NCBI GenBank assembly: GCA_026706075.1
Contig: JAPOZM010000001.1
Location: 16,230-80,229 of the forward strand
Origin: Gemmatimonadaceae bacterium
GTDB lineage: Bacteria; Latescibacterota; UBA2968; UBA8231
Direction: 5' to 3'
DNA length: 64,000 nucleotides
Part shown: positions 18,448 through 31,200 of the stretch, piece after piece
Layout: each line of letters begins with the position of its first letter
Position numbering within the stretch: position 1 is the stretch's first letter
Position numbers and translations under genes: made by a program
The notes under the pieces: model-generated
The model's input: only the letters and a program-made list of their open reading frames with translations
What the model was told of the DNA's origin: nothing
The model's database searches: none

Positions 18448-18513
18448 TGGGCGGACCGATCATCCGTTAGGCATGCCATACACCGCTTCGATAGCCCAAA
18501 CGGCGGAGGCGCC

Positions 18514-18801
18514 ATGAGAGCCCTTCTGGAGTGGTTCCAAGCGAGCGTGGAGGAGGACCTCCCCCAGAAGGGCCGACTCTCCGAGTGGCGCCGCGACGCC
18601 GAGGCCGTCGTCGTCGACCTGCCCGGGACCGACCGCCTGTCGGCGCGGCTGCGCGAGTTGGGGATCCTGCCCGGCGTGCGCCTCCGGGTCCTGCGCACCG
18701 GCAGCCGCCTCGTGGTGCAGATCGGCGAGGACCGTTTCGCCCTCAGACGCGCCGACGCCGACGCCATCCTCGTGAGCGCCGCCGGCCCCGCGGCGGCGTG
18801 A
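18514..18801 (+). CDS. feoA: FeoA family protein
   Basis: In ORF 18352..18801; ATG 18514 preceded by GGAGG. LSARLRELGILPGVRLRVLRTGSRLVVQIGEDRFALRRADADAILV, a FeoA SH3-like domain. Confidence 0.8.
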   Translation: MRALLEWFQASVEEDLPQKGRLSEWRRDAEAVVVDLPGTDRLSARLRELGILPGVRLRVLRTGSRLVVQIGEDRFALRRADADAILVSAAGPAAA

Positions 18802-20960
18802 CGGTCTCCGTCGGTCTCGTCGGCAACCCCAATACCGGCAAGTCCACCCTCTTCAACGCCCTCACCGGTCTCTCGCAGCGGGTTGGCAACTACCCGGGCG
18901 TGACCGTCGAGCGCAAGGCCGGCTCCCTGGGCCTGCCCGACGGGACCGAGGCCGAGCTGGTCGACCTTCCCGGCGTGTACAGCCTCTCCGTCGACGCGCC
19001 TGACGAGCGGATCGCCGCCGAGGTGCTCCTCGAGGGCCGCCGCGACGAGATCGACGCGGTGATCGCCATCGTCGACGCCGGCAACCTGCGGCGCAACCTC
19101 TACCTGGTCTCCCAGCTCCTCGAAGGGGAACTCCCCGTCATCGTCGCCCTCAACATGTGCGACGTCGCCGAGGCCCGGGGGGTGCGGATCGACGCCGCCG
19201 GCCTCGAGGCGCGTCTGCAGACGCCGGTTGTGCCCATGGTCGCCAATCGAGGACGGGGCATCGATGAGCTGCTCCGGCGGTTGCCGGAGACGCTCGAGGA
19301 AGAGAGGCCGACGCGGCAGCCCCCGCCCCTGCCCCCGGAGCTGGCAGGCGCGGTCGACCGCCTGCTGGCGGCCTCCGGGGAGGCGGGCGGGGGCCCTACC
19401 CGGCAGCAGGCGCTGCGCGCCCTCGTCGACGAGGGCGGCCCCTCGGAGCAGGGGCTGATCGAGGCCCGGGGCGACGGCTTCGGGCGCCTGCTATCCGACC
19501 TGCGCAACGGCGCCGGCGTCTCCGCCCCCCTGTCGGCGATCGAGTCCGAGGCCCGGTATGCCTGGATCGGGCAGGTCCTCGATGGCTGCGTCCGGGAGGG
19601 GTACCCCCTCGGCCGGAGCCACTCCGACCGCATCGACCGCGTCCTCACGCACCGCGTCTTCGGACTGGCCGCCTTCCTGGGGCTCAGCGCCATCCTCTTC
19701 CAGGGCATCTACGCCTGGGCGGCGCCGGCCATGGACCTCGTGGAGACCGCCGTCTCCACCCTGGGAGCCGCCCTCGGTTCCTCCCTGCCCGAGGGACCGC
19801 TGCGGAGCCTGCTGGTCGACGGCGTCGTCGCCGGCGTCGGCGGCGTGCTCGTCTTCCTGCCCCAGATCGCCCTCCTCTTCCTGCTGATCGCGATCCTGGA
19901 GGACTGCGGCTACATGGCCCGCGCCGCCTTGCTCATGGACCGCCTCCTCGGCCGGCTGGGGCTCTCCGGACGCTCCTTCATTCCCCTGCTCTCCAGCTTC
20001 GCCTGCGCCGTGCCGGGGGTGATGGCGGCGCGCACCATCGCCGACCGGCGCGACCGCTTCGTCACCGTCCTCGTGGCGCCGCTCATGAGCTGCTCCGCCC
20101 GGCTGCCGGTGTACGCCCTGTTCATCGCCGCCTTCATCCCCGAGCGCGCCCTCCTCGGCGGCTGGGTGGGGCTCCAGGGCCTGACCCTGCTGGCCATGTA
20201 CTCCCTCGGCGCGGTGGTCGCCGTGCCCGTCGCCTGGCTGCTGCGCAGGACCCTCCTTCGGGGGGAGTCGAGCCCGTTCCTGCTGGAGCTGCCGGCCTAC
20301 AACTGGCCGACGCCGCGCACCGTGCTGCTGCGCGTCTACCAGGCCAGCCGCGCCTTCGTCGTGCGCGCCGGCAGCGTCATCCTCGCCGCCACCATCGTCA
20401 TGTGGGCCCTGGCCTACTATCCGCGGTCGTCGGAGATCGCCGACCGCTACGAGGCCGAACGCACCGCCGCCGCGGTCCTCGCCGAGGAGCCCCGCGAGGC
20501 CCGTCTCGCCGGCATCGACCGGGCCGAGGCCGCCGACTACCTGCGGACCAGCTACCTCGGCCGCGCCGGCCGGAGCCTCGAGCCCGTCTTCGAGCCCCTG
20601 GGCTGGGACTGGCGCATCGGCATGGCGGCCCTCGCCTCCTTCCCCGCCCGGGAGGTGATCATCTCCGCCCTGGGAACCATCTACAGCCTCGGCTCCGACG
20701 TGAACGAGACCTCACCGGAGCTGCGCGACGGGTTGCGCCAGGCCAGGCGGCCCGACGGCAGCCCCGCCCTGAACGTGCCCGTGGCCCTGTCGGTGATGGT
20801 GTTCTTCGCCCTCTGCGCCCAGTGCATGTCCACCCTCGCCGTCATCCAGCGCGAGACCTCGAGCTGGGCCTGGCCGGTGTTCTCCTTCGTCTACATGACC
20901 GCCCTGGCCTACGCCGGCGCCCTGGCGGCCTACCGCCTTGGCCTGTGGATGGGATGGTGA
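18798..20960 (+). CDS. feoB: ferrous iron transporter FeoB (full length)
   Basis: In ORF 18531..20960; GTG 18798 (GTGA overlap with the feoA stop). VGLVGNPNTGKSTLFNALTG (G1) and VDLPGVYSL (G3), followed by the polytopic membrane domain. Confidence 0.9.
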   Translation: MTVSVGLVGNPNTGKSTLFNALTGLSQRVGNYPGVTVERKAGSLGLPDGTEAELVDLPGVYSLSVDAPDERIAAEVLLEGRRDEIDAVIAIVDAGNLRRNLYLVSQLLEGELPVIVALNMCDVAEARGVRIDAAGLEARLQTPVVPMVANRGRGIDELLRRLPETLEEERPTRQPPPLPPELAGAVDRLLAASGEAGGGPTRQQALRALVDEGGPSEQGLIEARGDGFGRLLSDLRNGAGVSAPLSAIESEARYAWIGQVLDGCVREGYPLGRSHSDRIDRVLTHRVFGLAAFLGLSAILFQGIYAWAAPAMDLVETAVSTLGAALGSSLPEGPLRSLLVDGVVAGVGGVLVFLPQIALLFLLIAILEDCGYMARAALLMDRLLGRLGLSGRSFIPLLSSFACAVPGVMAARTIADRRDRFVTVLVAPLMSCSARLPVYALFIAAFIPERALLGGWVGLQGLTLLAMYSLGAVVAVPVAWLLRRTLLRGESSPFLLELPAYNWPTPRTVLLRVYQASRAFVVRAGSVILAATIVMWALAYYPRSSEIADRYEAERTAAAVLAEEPREARLAGIDRAEAADYLRTSYLGRAGRSLEPVFEPLGWDWRIGMAALASFPAREVIISALGTIYSLGSDVNETSPELRDGLRQARRPDGSPALNVPVALSVMVFFALCAQCMSTLAVIQRETSSWAWPVFSFVYMTALAYAGALAAYRLGLWMGW

Positions 20961-21171
20961 CGGCCGTGGACTGGCAGGTCCCGGTCACCATCCTCCTCGC
21001 CGCGGCTTGTGCGGCCTACCTCCTGTACGGGTGGCTGCGCCCCCTGTTCTCCCGGTTGGCCGGCGCCTGCGGCGCCTGTCCGAGCTGCGGTTCCGGCGAA
21101 GAGGATGGAGGGCCGGGGCTCGTGCAGATCGACGCCGCCGAGGGGCCCACCGGGGACCGGGACTCCGCCCC

Positions 21172-21175
<4 letters not shown>
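20954..21175 (+). CDS. FeoB-associated Cys-rich membrane peptide
   Basis: Frame of ORF 20402..21175; ATG 20954 (ATGGTGA overlap with the feoB stop). One TM helix VPVTILLAAACAAYLLYGWL followed by CGACPSCGSG. Confidence 0.7.
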
Positions 21176-23294
<2,119 letters not shown>

Positions 23295-23777
23295 CTAGGC
23301 CTGCCCGAACCTCTCCCGGAGGCGCCTCTCCACTCCCGGCGGCACGAAGCGGCTCACGTCGCCGCCGTGCTCGGCGACCTGCTTCACCGTGGACGACCGC
23401 AGGTACATGTACTCGGCGCTGGTCATCAGGTAGACGGTGTCGAACTCCTCCCAGAGGCTGCGGTTCATGAGGGCCATGGAGAACTCGGACTCGAAGTCGG
23501 TCACCGCCCGCAGGCCGCGCACGGCCTGGCGGATCCCGTGGGCGCGCGCGTAGTCGACCAGGAGTCCGTCGGTGGCGTCGACCTCGACCTGGGGCCAGTG
23601 AGAGGTGGCCTCGCGGATCATGGCCAGGTTCTCCTCGTCGGTGAAGGTCGACCGCTTGTCGGGGTTCACGGCGAGGAGCACCACGAGGCCGTCGTACATG
23701 TCGAGGGCGCGCTCTATGATGTTCAGGTGACCCCGGGTGATGGGGTCGAAACTGCCCGGATAGACGGCTCGGCTCAT
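23295..23777 (-). CDS. coaD: phosphopantetheine adenylyltransferase
   Basis: In ORF 23295..23831; ATG 23777 preceded by GAGGAGG. MSRAVYPGSFDPITRGHLNIIERA. Confidence 0.9.
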   Translation of the reverse strand: MSRAVYPGSFDPITRGHLNIIERALDMYDGLVVLLAVNPDKRSTFTDEENLAMIREATSHWPQVEVDATDGLLVDYARAHGIRQAVRGLRAVTDFESEFSMALMNRSLWEEFDTVYLMTSAEYMYLRSSTVKQVAEHGGDVSRFVPPGVERRLRERFGQA

Positions 23778-23874
23778 CGTTCCTCCTCGGCGGATTCGGT
23801 GATGACGGCGCGGACATCCGACGGCCCGCACCCCCCGGGTGCCGTGACCCTGGCGGCGTGGAGTCGGATCCGAA

Positions 23875-24792
23875 TCACCGGGTCCCGGCCTCCAGGGTCG
23901 AACGGTACGCGAGGCCGGCGGCGACGGCGAAGGCGCCCGGCGGACGGCCGCTGCGCTCCAGTCCGCGGGAGGCCTCCGGACGGCGGGCCAGGCCGCTGAA
24001 GGGGTCCAGGAGGGCGACGCTGTCGGCGAGACCGGCCAGCCCCTCGACGTGGGCGGGACCCTCCGGCCCGCTCAGCCACAAGGCGCGGGGCGGCTCTTCC
24101 CCGAGCTCTTCCTCCAGCATCTGCCTCAGGTGCCCCGCCAGGCCGTCGCCGCCGCTGCCGTCGGCGGACCACACCCACTCGGCCTCGTACTCCCCGGCGC
24201 GCAGCAGAACCGCGCGCGCCTGCCCGGCCTCCCCGTGGACGATGACGTCCACGCCCTCGGCCGCGGACGGTCGGCTGCCCTCCAAGGCGTGGCACAGGGC
24301 GAAGGACGCCATGTCGAAACCGGGGGCGTCGACGCCGGATTCCTCGCAGAGGGTGTTCCACCGGGCGAGGAGCTCCCGGTGCGCCGCGGCCACGAAGCCG
24401 TGCCGCCGGGTCACGAGGTAGTCGACGACGTAGTCGTCCAGGTCGTCCCCCAGGAGCTGACCCGCCTCCCAGCGAAGGTGGTCCCGGCTCGGCGCCTCCG
24501 CGCCCGGCAGCACCGGGCGGCGGCGGAGGATGGTGGCCGGACCGCCCAGGGGGAGATAGGGCCGGCCCCGCGGCAGTCCGAGGTCTCGCAGCTCGCGCAG
24601 GGCCCCGGCCAGTCCGCGGCGGGCGTCTTCATCGGCCAGATCCTGCGGGAGGCGGGGCGCCTTCTCGAGGGCTGCGGCCGAGCAGTATGCCAGGGAGAGC
24701 CGGCCCCGGCTGCGGGTCAGCCCGACGGCGTACACGGCCTCGGCCCCGAAGTGGATCCCCGTGTGGTGGGTCGTTGCGCGCCAGCCGGGCAC
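23875..24792 (-). CDS. hypothetical protein; weak PilM/FtsA-like (actin-fold) resemblance
   Basis: ORF 23875..24792 (GTG start). The only similarity noted by eye is a GIHFGAEAVYAVGL... opening like PilM-type ATPase folds. Not verified. Confidence 0.45.
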   Translation of the reverse strand: MPGWRATTHHTGIHFGAEAVYAVGLTRSRGRLSLAYCSAAALEKAPRLPQDLADEDARRGLAGALRELRDLGLPRGRPYLPLGGPATILRRRPVLPGAEAPSRDHLRWEAGQLLGDDLDDYVVDYLVTRRHGFVAAAHRELLARWNTLCEESGVDAPGFDMASFALCHALEGSRPSAAEGVDVIVHGEAGQARAVLLRAGEYEAEWVWSADGSGGDGLAGHLRQMLEEELGEEPPRALWLSGPEGPAHVEGLAGLADSVALLDPFSGLARRPEASRGLERSGRPPGAFAVAAGLAYRSTLEAGTR

Positions 24793-24803
24793 CGGAAGGG
24801 ACC

Positions 24804-25181
24804 TCAGTCCGCCGTCACCAGGGGGCGGAGCCGCTGCACCGTGCGGGGCCCGATCCCCCTTACGGCGGTCAGGTCGTCGACGGCGGCGAAGGGGCCGTTG
24901 GCCTCGCGGTGGGCGATGATCGCCGCTGCCGTCTTCGGCCCGATGTGGGGCAGGCTCTCCAACTCGGTTCGTGTCGCCTGGTTGATGGAGACGATGGGCG
25001 GCGGCAGGTGGACGACCGACTCGGGAGCCGGAGGCGGCACCTCCACCGCCTGCGGCACGACGTGGAAGTCCTCCAGACGGTCCGGGCGGTGGTGATCGAT
25101 GACGGCCACCGCCGAACCGACCAGCAGGGCGCCGCTGAGGAACAGCACCGCCACCTGCTCCTGGCGGTTGAGGTGTATCAA
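24804..25181 (-). CDS. comEA: ComEA family helix-hairpin-helix DNA-binding protein
   Basis: C-terminal end of ORF 24804..28931; TTG at 25181 chosen, start uncertain. TM helix VAVLFLSGALLVGSAVAVI, then INQATRTELESLPHIGPKTAAAIIAHREANGPFAAVDDLTAVRGIGPRTVQRL. Confidence 0.75.
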   Translation of the reverse strand: MIHLNRQEQVAVLFLSGALLVGSAVAVIDHHRPDRLEDFHVVPQAVEVPPPAPESVVHLPPPIVSINQATRTELESLPHIGPKTAAAIIAHREANGPFAAVDDLTAVRGIGPRTVQRLRPLVTAD

Positions 25182-25204
25182 GATAGTCCCGCTCCCATCC
25201 CCGG

Positions 25205-28200
25205 CTACCTGAAGAACAGGGTTCCCCCCACCTTCACCTCGCGCACCTTGCGGGTGCGGTGGTTGTGGGGCTTGCGGTCCTCGAGGCGGATCAGGCCGGT
25301 GCCGCGGAAGCTCTCGCTGAAGTTGTAGGTGCCGTCGAGACGCACCTCCCAGCGGTCGGTGGAGTTGAAGGGCTCCAGATCCTGCTCGCCCGTGGCGTTC
25401 TGCCGGACCTGGCTCTCCAGGGTGAGGGAGAGCTTGAGGTCGAGGTTGCTCTTGAGGGTGCCGATGAGGGGCAGCTTCCGCGGCCTCAGCTTGTAGCGGG
25501 TCTCGAGGTTGGTGGAGCGCCGCTCCTCCTGGCCGCGGCCCCGCAGCGGCGGGCGCCCGTCGGGGGAGGCCTCGGCGGTGGAGAGGTCGGCCAGCTCGTA
25601 GTTGACCGACTCGTCCCGGCTCCGGCGCATCTCCAGGCGCGTCGTCGGGCCGACCCGCCACTGCCCCGTCCACGAGACGTTCCACTCCCGCTTCGTGCTC
25701 TCCTCGATCAGGTTCGCCGGCTCGAGGCTGCCCTCGGCCTGCTCGGTCCGCGCCGACTGCATGCGCACGTTGACCTGGGCGCTGTTGAGGTAGCGCCGCA
25801 GCAGCGGCACCCGGTCCGCCCTCGACCAGGCCACGGCGAGGCCGGGCCAGGTCAGCTGCCGCTCGACGCGGAGCCGGTTCTGGGTGCTGCCCGAGCGCCA
25901 CGACACCTGCTCCTTGAGGGTTGGCTTGACGCTGAAGCCGAGGGGCAGGCGCAGCCCGGAGCCCAGGTCGGTGTTGGCCGAACGGGTCCAGCTGTCGGTC
26001 CTCGTCAGCCCGACGGCGCGCTGCTCGACGAGGAGGCTGTCGCCGAAGCCGAGCTGGTAGGCCAGGTCCGGACGTTCCACCAGGTTGTAGTTGCGGGCGT
26101 CGGTGTTGCGCCGCCAGGTGTAGCTGAAGGGCTCGACGTACGACGACGAGAAGTGGAGGAACCGGCGCAGGAAGAAGGGCTGTCCGGGGCCTTCCTCCTC
26201 CTCCCCCTCCTCCGACCGGCGGCGGGGTCCCGCCTTCGACCGGCGTCCCGGCGCCCCCACGGCCTTGAGCAGGGCCGGCAGACGCAGGTTGACCCGCGTG
26301 GTGAAGGTGTTCCGCGAGGTGATGTCCAGGGTCCGCACGACCCGCAGCCGGCCGTCGACGGTGTCGGTGAAGGCGGTCTGCCGGCTGCGGCGGGGGTCGC
26401 TGTCCTCCTGGTAGTTGGCCTGGAAGGTGAGGTTCGGGTCCAGCCAGCTCACCCAGCGCAACTGCAGCCGCAGGTCGGCCTTCTGGTTGCGGCCCACCTC
26501 GCGGCCGAAGGCCAGGGACCGGGGCTCGTACTTCTTCCGCAGGTCGCGGTGGACCTGAAGGTTGTAGTCCGAGGTCAGGGAGCGCAGGGGATTGACCTTG
26601 GTGGCGTAGATCTCCTTCAGGGTGAAGATCTCGTTGAAGGTCGTGTCGATCTGGGTCCTCTTCCAGGTCGCGCTCTCCTGGCGGTTGACGTTCACCGAGT
26701 AGCTCGCCGTGGCCGGCAGGGGCGACAGCTCCGAGTTGCGCATCGACTTCGGCATGTACTCGGGCAGCCACCCCAGGTACTTCCACTTCGGCTTGGGCAG
26801 GGGCATCTTGTAGCGGAAGGAGCCGGTCTGCGCCTCGCGCGAGTCGACGGGGGTCACGGGAGAGAGGCGGTCGTCGATGGAGCTGGACCAGCGCAGGTTC
26901 ATCTGGTCGATGGTCCAGCGCGCCGCCCAGTGCCTGCCGGCCCGCTTGCTCACCGAGACCTCGACATGGCGCTTCACCTGCTCCGAACGCATGGAGTCCT
27001 TCTCCGACGGCGTGAGCTCCACGTCGGAGTTGGGGGCGAAGCGCGGCAGGCTCTGGCTGCGGCTCAAGGTGACCTTCACGGGCACCGAGAAACCCCAGCT
27101 CCCCGGCAGGAACTTGCTCAGGTGGGTCGTCGTCGACAGGCCGCTTCGCATGTCCGAGCTCTTGCGCCCCGTGCTGGTGATGGTGCGGTAGTTCTCCGCC
27201 CGCCAATCGATGGAGGCGTCGACGTCCATGAAGTCGGCCAGCTGGGTGTTGATGCGGGCGTAGACGGCGGCGCCGGGATCGTTGCGCGCCTGGTCCAGGC
27301 GCAGCTCGTCGACGTACACGGCGCCGCTGAGGGAGCCGTCGGCGGCGCGGTTGCGCAGTCCCAGGCGCAGCTGCCGCACCTGCTGCATGGACGGTGTGCC
27401 GCTGACCCGGTAGACGGCCGGGGCCCCGTCGCGCACGCCGGGATCCACGACGACCGTGTCGAGCTCGACGAGCTGCAGGCCGGTGGCGGTGTCGACGCGC
27501 CCTTCCAACTCCCCCTTCAGCCGCGACATGAGCCGCAGGTCGATCTCCAGCTCGTTGCGTTCGTCCCAGCCGGGGAAGAGGGGGGTCACGTACTCGTAGT
27601 AGTTGAGGTCGTCGCGCCCGAAGCGGAGGAACAGCTCGAGGTTGCTGGAGTCGGGTGGCACCACGTAGGCGGCGTTCGAGTCGCCGTGGGCGAACATGCG
27701 CAGGCGGCGGTACTTGGTGTAGTCGGAGTTCCTCGTCAGCACCCGCGTGGCCGACGCCTCGTGGCCGGCCCCGAGGTTGTCGAAGTCGAGGACCAGGGAC
27801 TGCTCGCGCTCGCGTACGCGGGAGGTGGTGGAGCGCTCGCCCTTGACCCCCGGCGGCGGCTTGTAGCTCAGGTTCTCGTCGGTGCCGATGACGGCGACCT
27901 CGAAGAGCTCCTCCTCGGTGACGTCGAAGGCGTCCGGGTCGTAGCGGGAGACGCCCTCGCCCTGCCATTCGTTGACTGCGATCTCCACGAGGGCGATGGC
28001 GACACTGTCGGCCTCGGCCGGCCCGTTCTGCGTGGCGAAGAGGAGACGGGCGTACTCGATGCGGCTCGAGTCCGGGGATCCGATCCGCCGCACCGACTCG
28101 TCGAAGAGACGCAGCCGGAAGAGGCGCCAGCCGCGGCACTCGCCGTCGACCAAGGGCTCGCTGCAGGTGCCCGGCTCGTGGCGGTCCCGGGCCAGGTCGA

Positions 28201-31200
28201 TCTCGTAGTGGTAGTAGTCGTTGCGCTGGTTGAGGTTGCCGTCGCCGTTGAGGTCCTCCGTGTCGGGTTGCTCGCGCACGCGGCGGTTGCCCTCGGTGCC
28301 GTTGTAGCGCTCGTAGTTGTGGCGGTCCCGCGTCGGATCGTAGTCCCAGTTGTCTCCCTCGGCGTCGCCCGGGTCGCGGCCGAGGGCGCGGATCAGGTCG
28401 CCGAAGCGGCTGCTCTTGTCTCTGAAGCTGAGCCCTTCCAGCTCCTCGGCCGTCACCTCCGTGTCCCGCGTCAGGTAGTAGTCGAGCTCCTCCTCGTCGG
28501 TGCGGCCGTCGATGCCGACATCCTCCTCCTCGGAGAGAGTGCCGTCGCCGATGGTCCGGCCCCGCAGGGGCAGGTCCTCGGTGTCGATGCGGCCGTTGGG
28601 GATCCAGTCCTCGCTGATGTCGCCGAGATGGAGCTGCAGGGAGCCGCTCTGCCCGCGCAGCCAGATGCCGACGAACTTCGACTGGGAGAAGTCGCGCACG
28701 CCGCCGCTGAAGACGGTCATCACCCCGCCCCAGGTCGTCACCCCCGCGCCTTCGGGGGGCGTCACCTTCAGGGTGAGGACGTCGGTCTGCTCGTTGCGCG
28801 CCTCCACCTGGTCCCGCTGGCCCGGCCAGATCGAGGTCCGCTGCACGCGGTCGTAGGGGTTGTACCAGAGCATCGGTCCGCGGTTCTCCACGGCCAGGCC
28901 GCCGTCGACGGGGACGCTCGCCGGCGTCCACCGGGAATAGAACACGGGCAGCAGGGTGGAGTGCTCGGAGCCCTCGAAGTCGTCGATGAACGCCTTGCCA
29001 CGGGTGTTCAGGTTCGGCCGGCTCTGGGCGATCTCGGCCTGGACGGTCACCTTCGACGCCTGGGTCGTCGTCAGCAGCGGCAGGGCGTCGACGACGCGGG
29101 TCAGCAGGGGCGCCCGGAAGGTGGCTCGCACGTCCATGTCCCAGAGCACGGTGCGCGCCGGCTCGTTGCCGACCCGCACGCGCCGGTCGCCGCTCTGGTT
29201 GTTGTAGATGAGGGTGCCGCCCAGGACCCCGTCGCCGCCGAGGAACTCGTACTCGGCGCGGGTGCCGAGGAGGGTCTTCTGCTGGCGCCCGAGGCCGATG
29301 ATGTCCTGGCTCTCGAAGGTGATCTCCAGGTCGGCGGCCGGATCGGCTACCTGGTCGGCGGCGGCCCCAAGGAACTGCACCTCCCCCGTGTAGGTCACGG
29401 TGTAGTCCACGTTCTGGGTCAGCTGGCGCCCGTCGAGGCGAACCTCCACCGACTCGACGTCGATGCTGGTCAGCCTTCCCTGGGTCAGGTTGATGCGCTG
29501 CTCCGAGGAACTGTTGATCACCTGGATGATGTAGCGGCTCGCCTCGACGTGGTCACGGTGCTGCTCGGTGTCGTAGATCTCGGAGACCCGGTCCTCGAGG
29601 CCGTACTTCGACAGCTGAGGATCGAAGGGCCGCTGGTCGGGAAAGATCAGCACCCCCAGGTCCTCCCGGAGGCCGTCGTAGTCGGCGTCGATGATCTGGT
29701 CCGGCGGCGTGCCGGCGTCCTGGCCGTGGGTGTCGAGCCCCATGAGCCGCAGGAGAGAGCGTCCGCCCTGGGTCGTCTCCGGCTCCTTTCCCGGCACCTC
29801 GCGCAGGATCTCCACCCGGATCCGCTGGCGGTCGAACTGGCGGCCGCGGGCGAAGCCCCGCACGATGCGGTACACGTTCTTCCACTCCAGGTCCCACGTG
29901 GGGAAGCCGGGCCGCGCGTCTCGGGCCTTGATCAGCTTGAGCCTCAGGGAGTCCTGGTCGGCGGCGGCGCTGCCCACCTCCCGATCTCCGACGCGGTAGG
30001 TCACGGCGAGGGCGTGACGGTCCTGCACCGGCGTGCGCAGGGTGATGGAGCCCAGGGCGGCGTCCAGGATGTAGTCGTTGTCCGGGTCGAGGCGGTGCCA
30101 GGTGCCGACCTCGCGGTGGCCCGTCGAGTCGTTGTCGGCCTTGCCCAGGTCGGCCTGGGCCCGGCCCGGGCGCGCCAGCTGTTCGGGGTCGTTGTTGACG
30201 TTGAAGTCGTTGACGTAGACCTGAAGGGTGCGCTCGTCCACCGGCTCCTCGGGCCGGAAGTCGGAGGTGGAGACGGCCGCGTAGTCGCGCAGGCTCTCCT
30301 TGTAGTTGTGGTCGAGGAAGAAGAACTGGTTGCGCACGTACTCGTAGTCGCGGATCTCGGTGGTGTCGACCTGGGCGCCGCCGCGGAAGCTCTGGCGGTT
30401 GGACTCGCTCTTCTCGTGGCTGGCGATAGTCGTGAAGCCGAAGGGCCCCAGGCGCCCCTTGGCCCGGATCCCGAAGAGACCCTTGTGCTGCTGGTTGAAG
30501 CCGACGAACCGCGTGTTGGGCAGGGAGAGGGTGGTGTTGCCCGCCTGCACCTCCTGGAAGATGTTGTCCTCGTCACCCTTGTAGTCGAGCTTGATCTGGT
30601 CGAGCTGGTCCTGCAGGTTCTGGCCGAAGGAGCTGGACAGGCCCCTGGTGTCCTGGTTGATGCGGATGTTGATCGCCTCCCCCACCTTGCCTTCCACCGA
30701 GAAGTCCGACTCCTGGTCCATGCTCAGGGCCGGGAACTTCGACGACCGGCCCGCCAGGGTCGCGACCTCTTTGGCCGTCCAGCTGCTCTTGCCGCCGATC
30801 GAGGCGGTGTGAGAGCCGTTGATGCGCAGCGATCCCTCGTCGCCGATGAACCGCCTGACCACCGGGGGCGCCGGGATCGGCACCCTCCACTCCAGGCGCC
30901 CCCGCCGGCCCTCGCCCAGGCGCGACTCGCGGCGCATGCCCTCGCGCACCTTCTGCCGCCACTCCGTCCGGTAGAGGTGGCGGTTCCCCATCGCCAGATA
31001 GCGCGCCAGGGGCAGGGTGATCGGCGGACCCTCGTCGAACCCCGCCGACCGCGGCTGGTAGTGGGCCCCGGTGGAGTCGATGGTCACCCGCTTGCTGGTG
31101 AAGGGGGTGCGGGACTCCACCAGGGGTGTCGCCGGGGGCCGCGCGCGCAGCAGCGGCGACCCGGCGCGGAAGGCGCCGTACTCTGCCGGATCATGGAAGA

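Noticed and set aside
24804-28931. 1375-aa minus-strand ORF overlapping sprA in another frame
   Set aside because: It is Arg/Pro/Gly-dominated out-of-frame text. Only its last roughly 125 codons (24804..25181) make a real protein (ComEA HhH domain).
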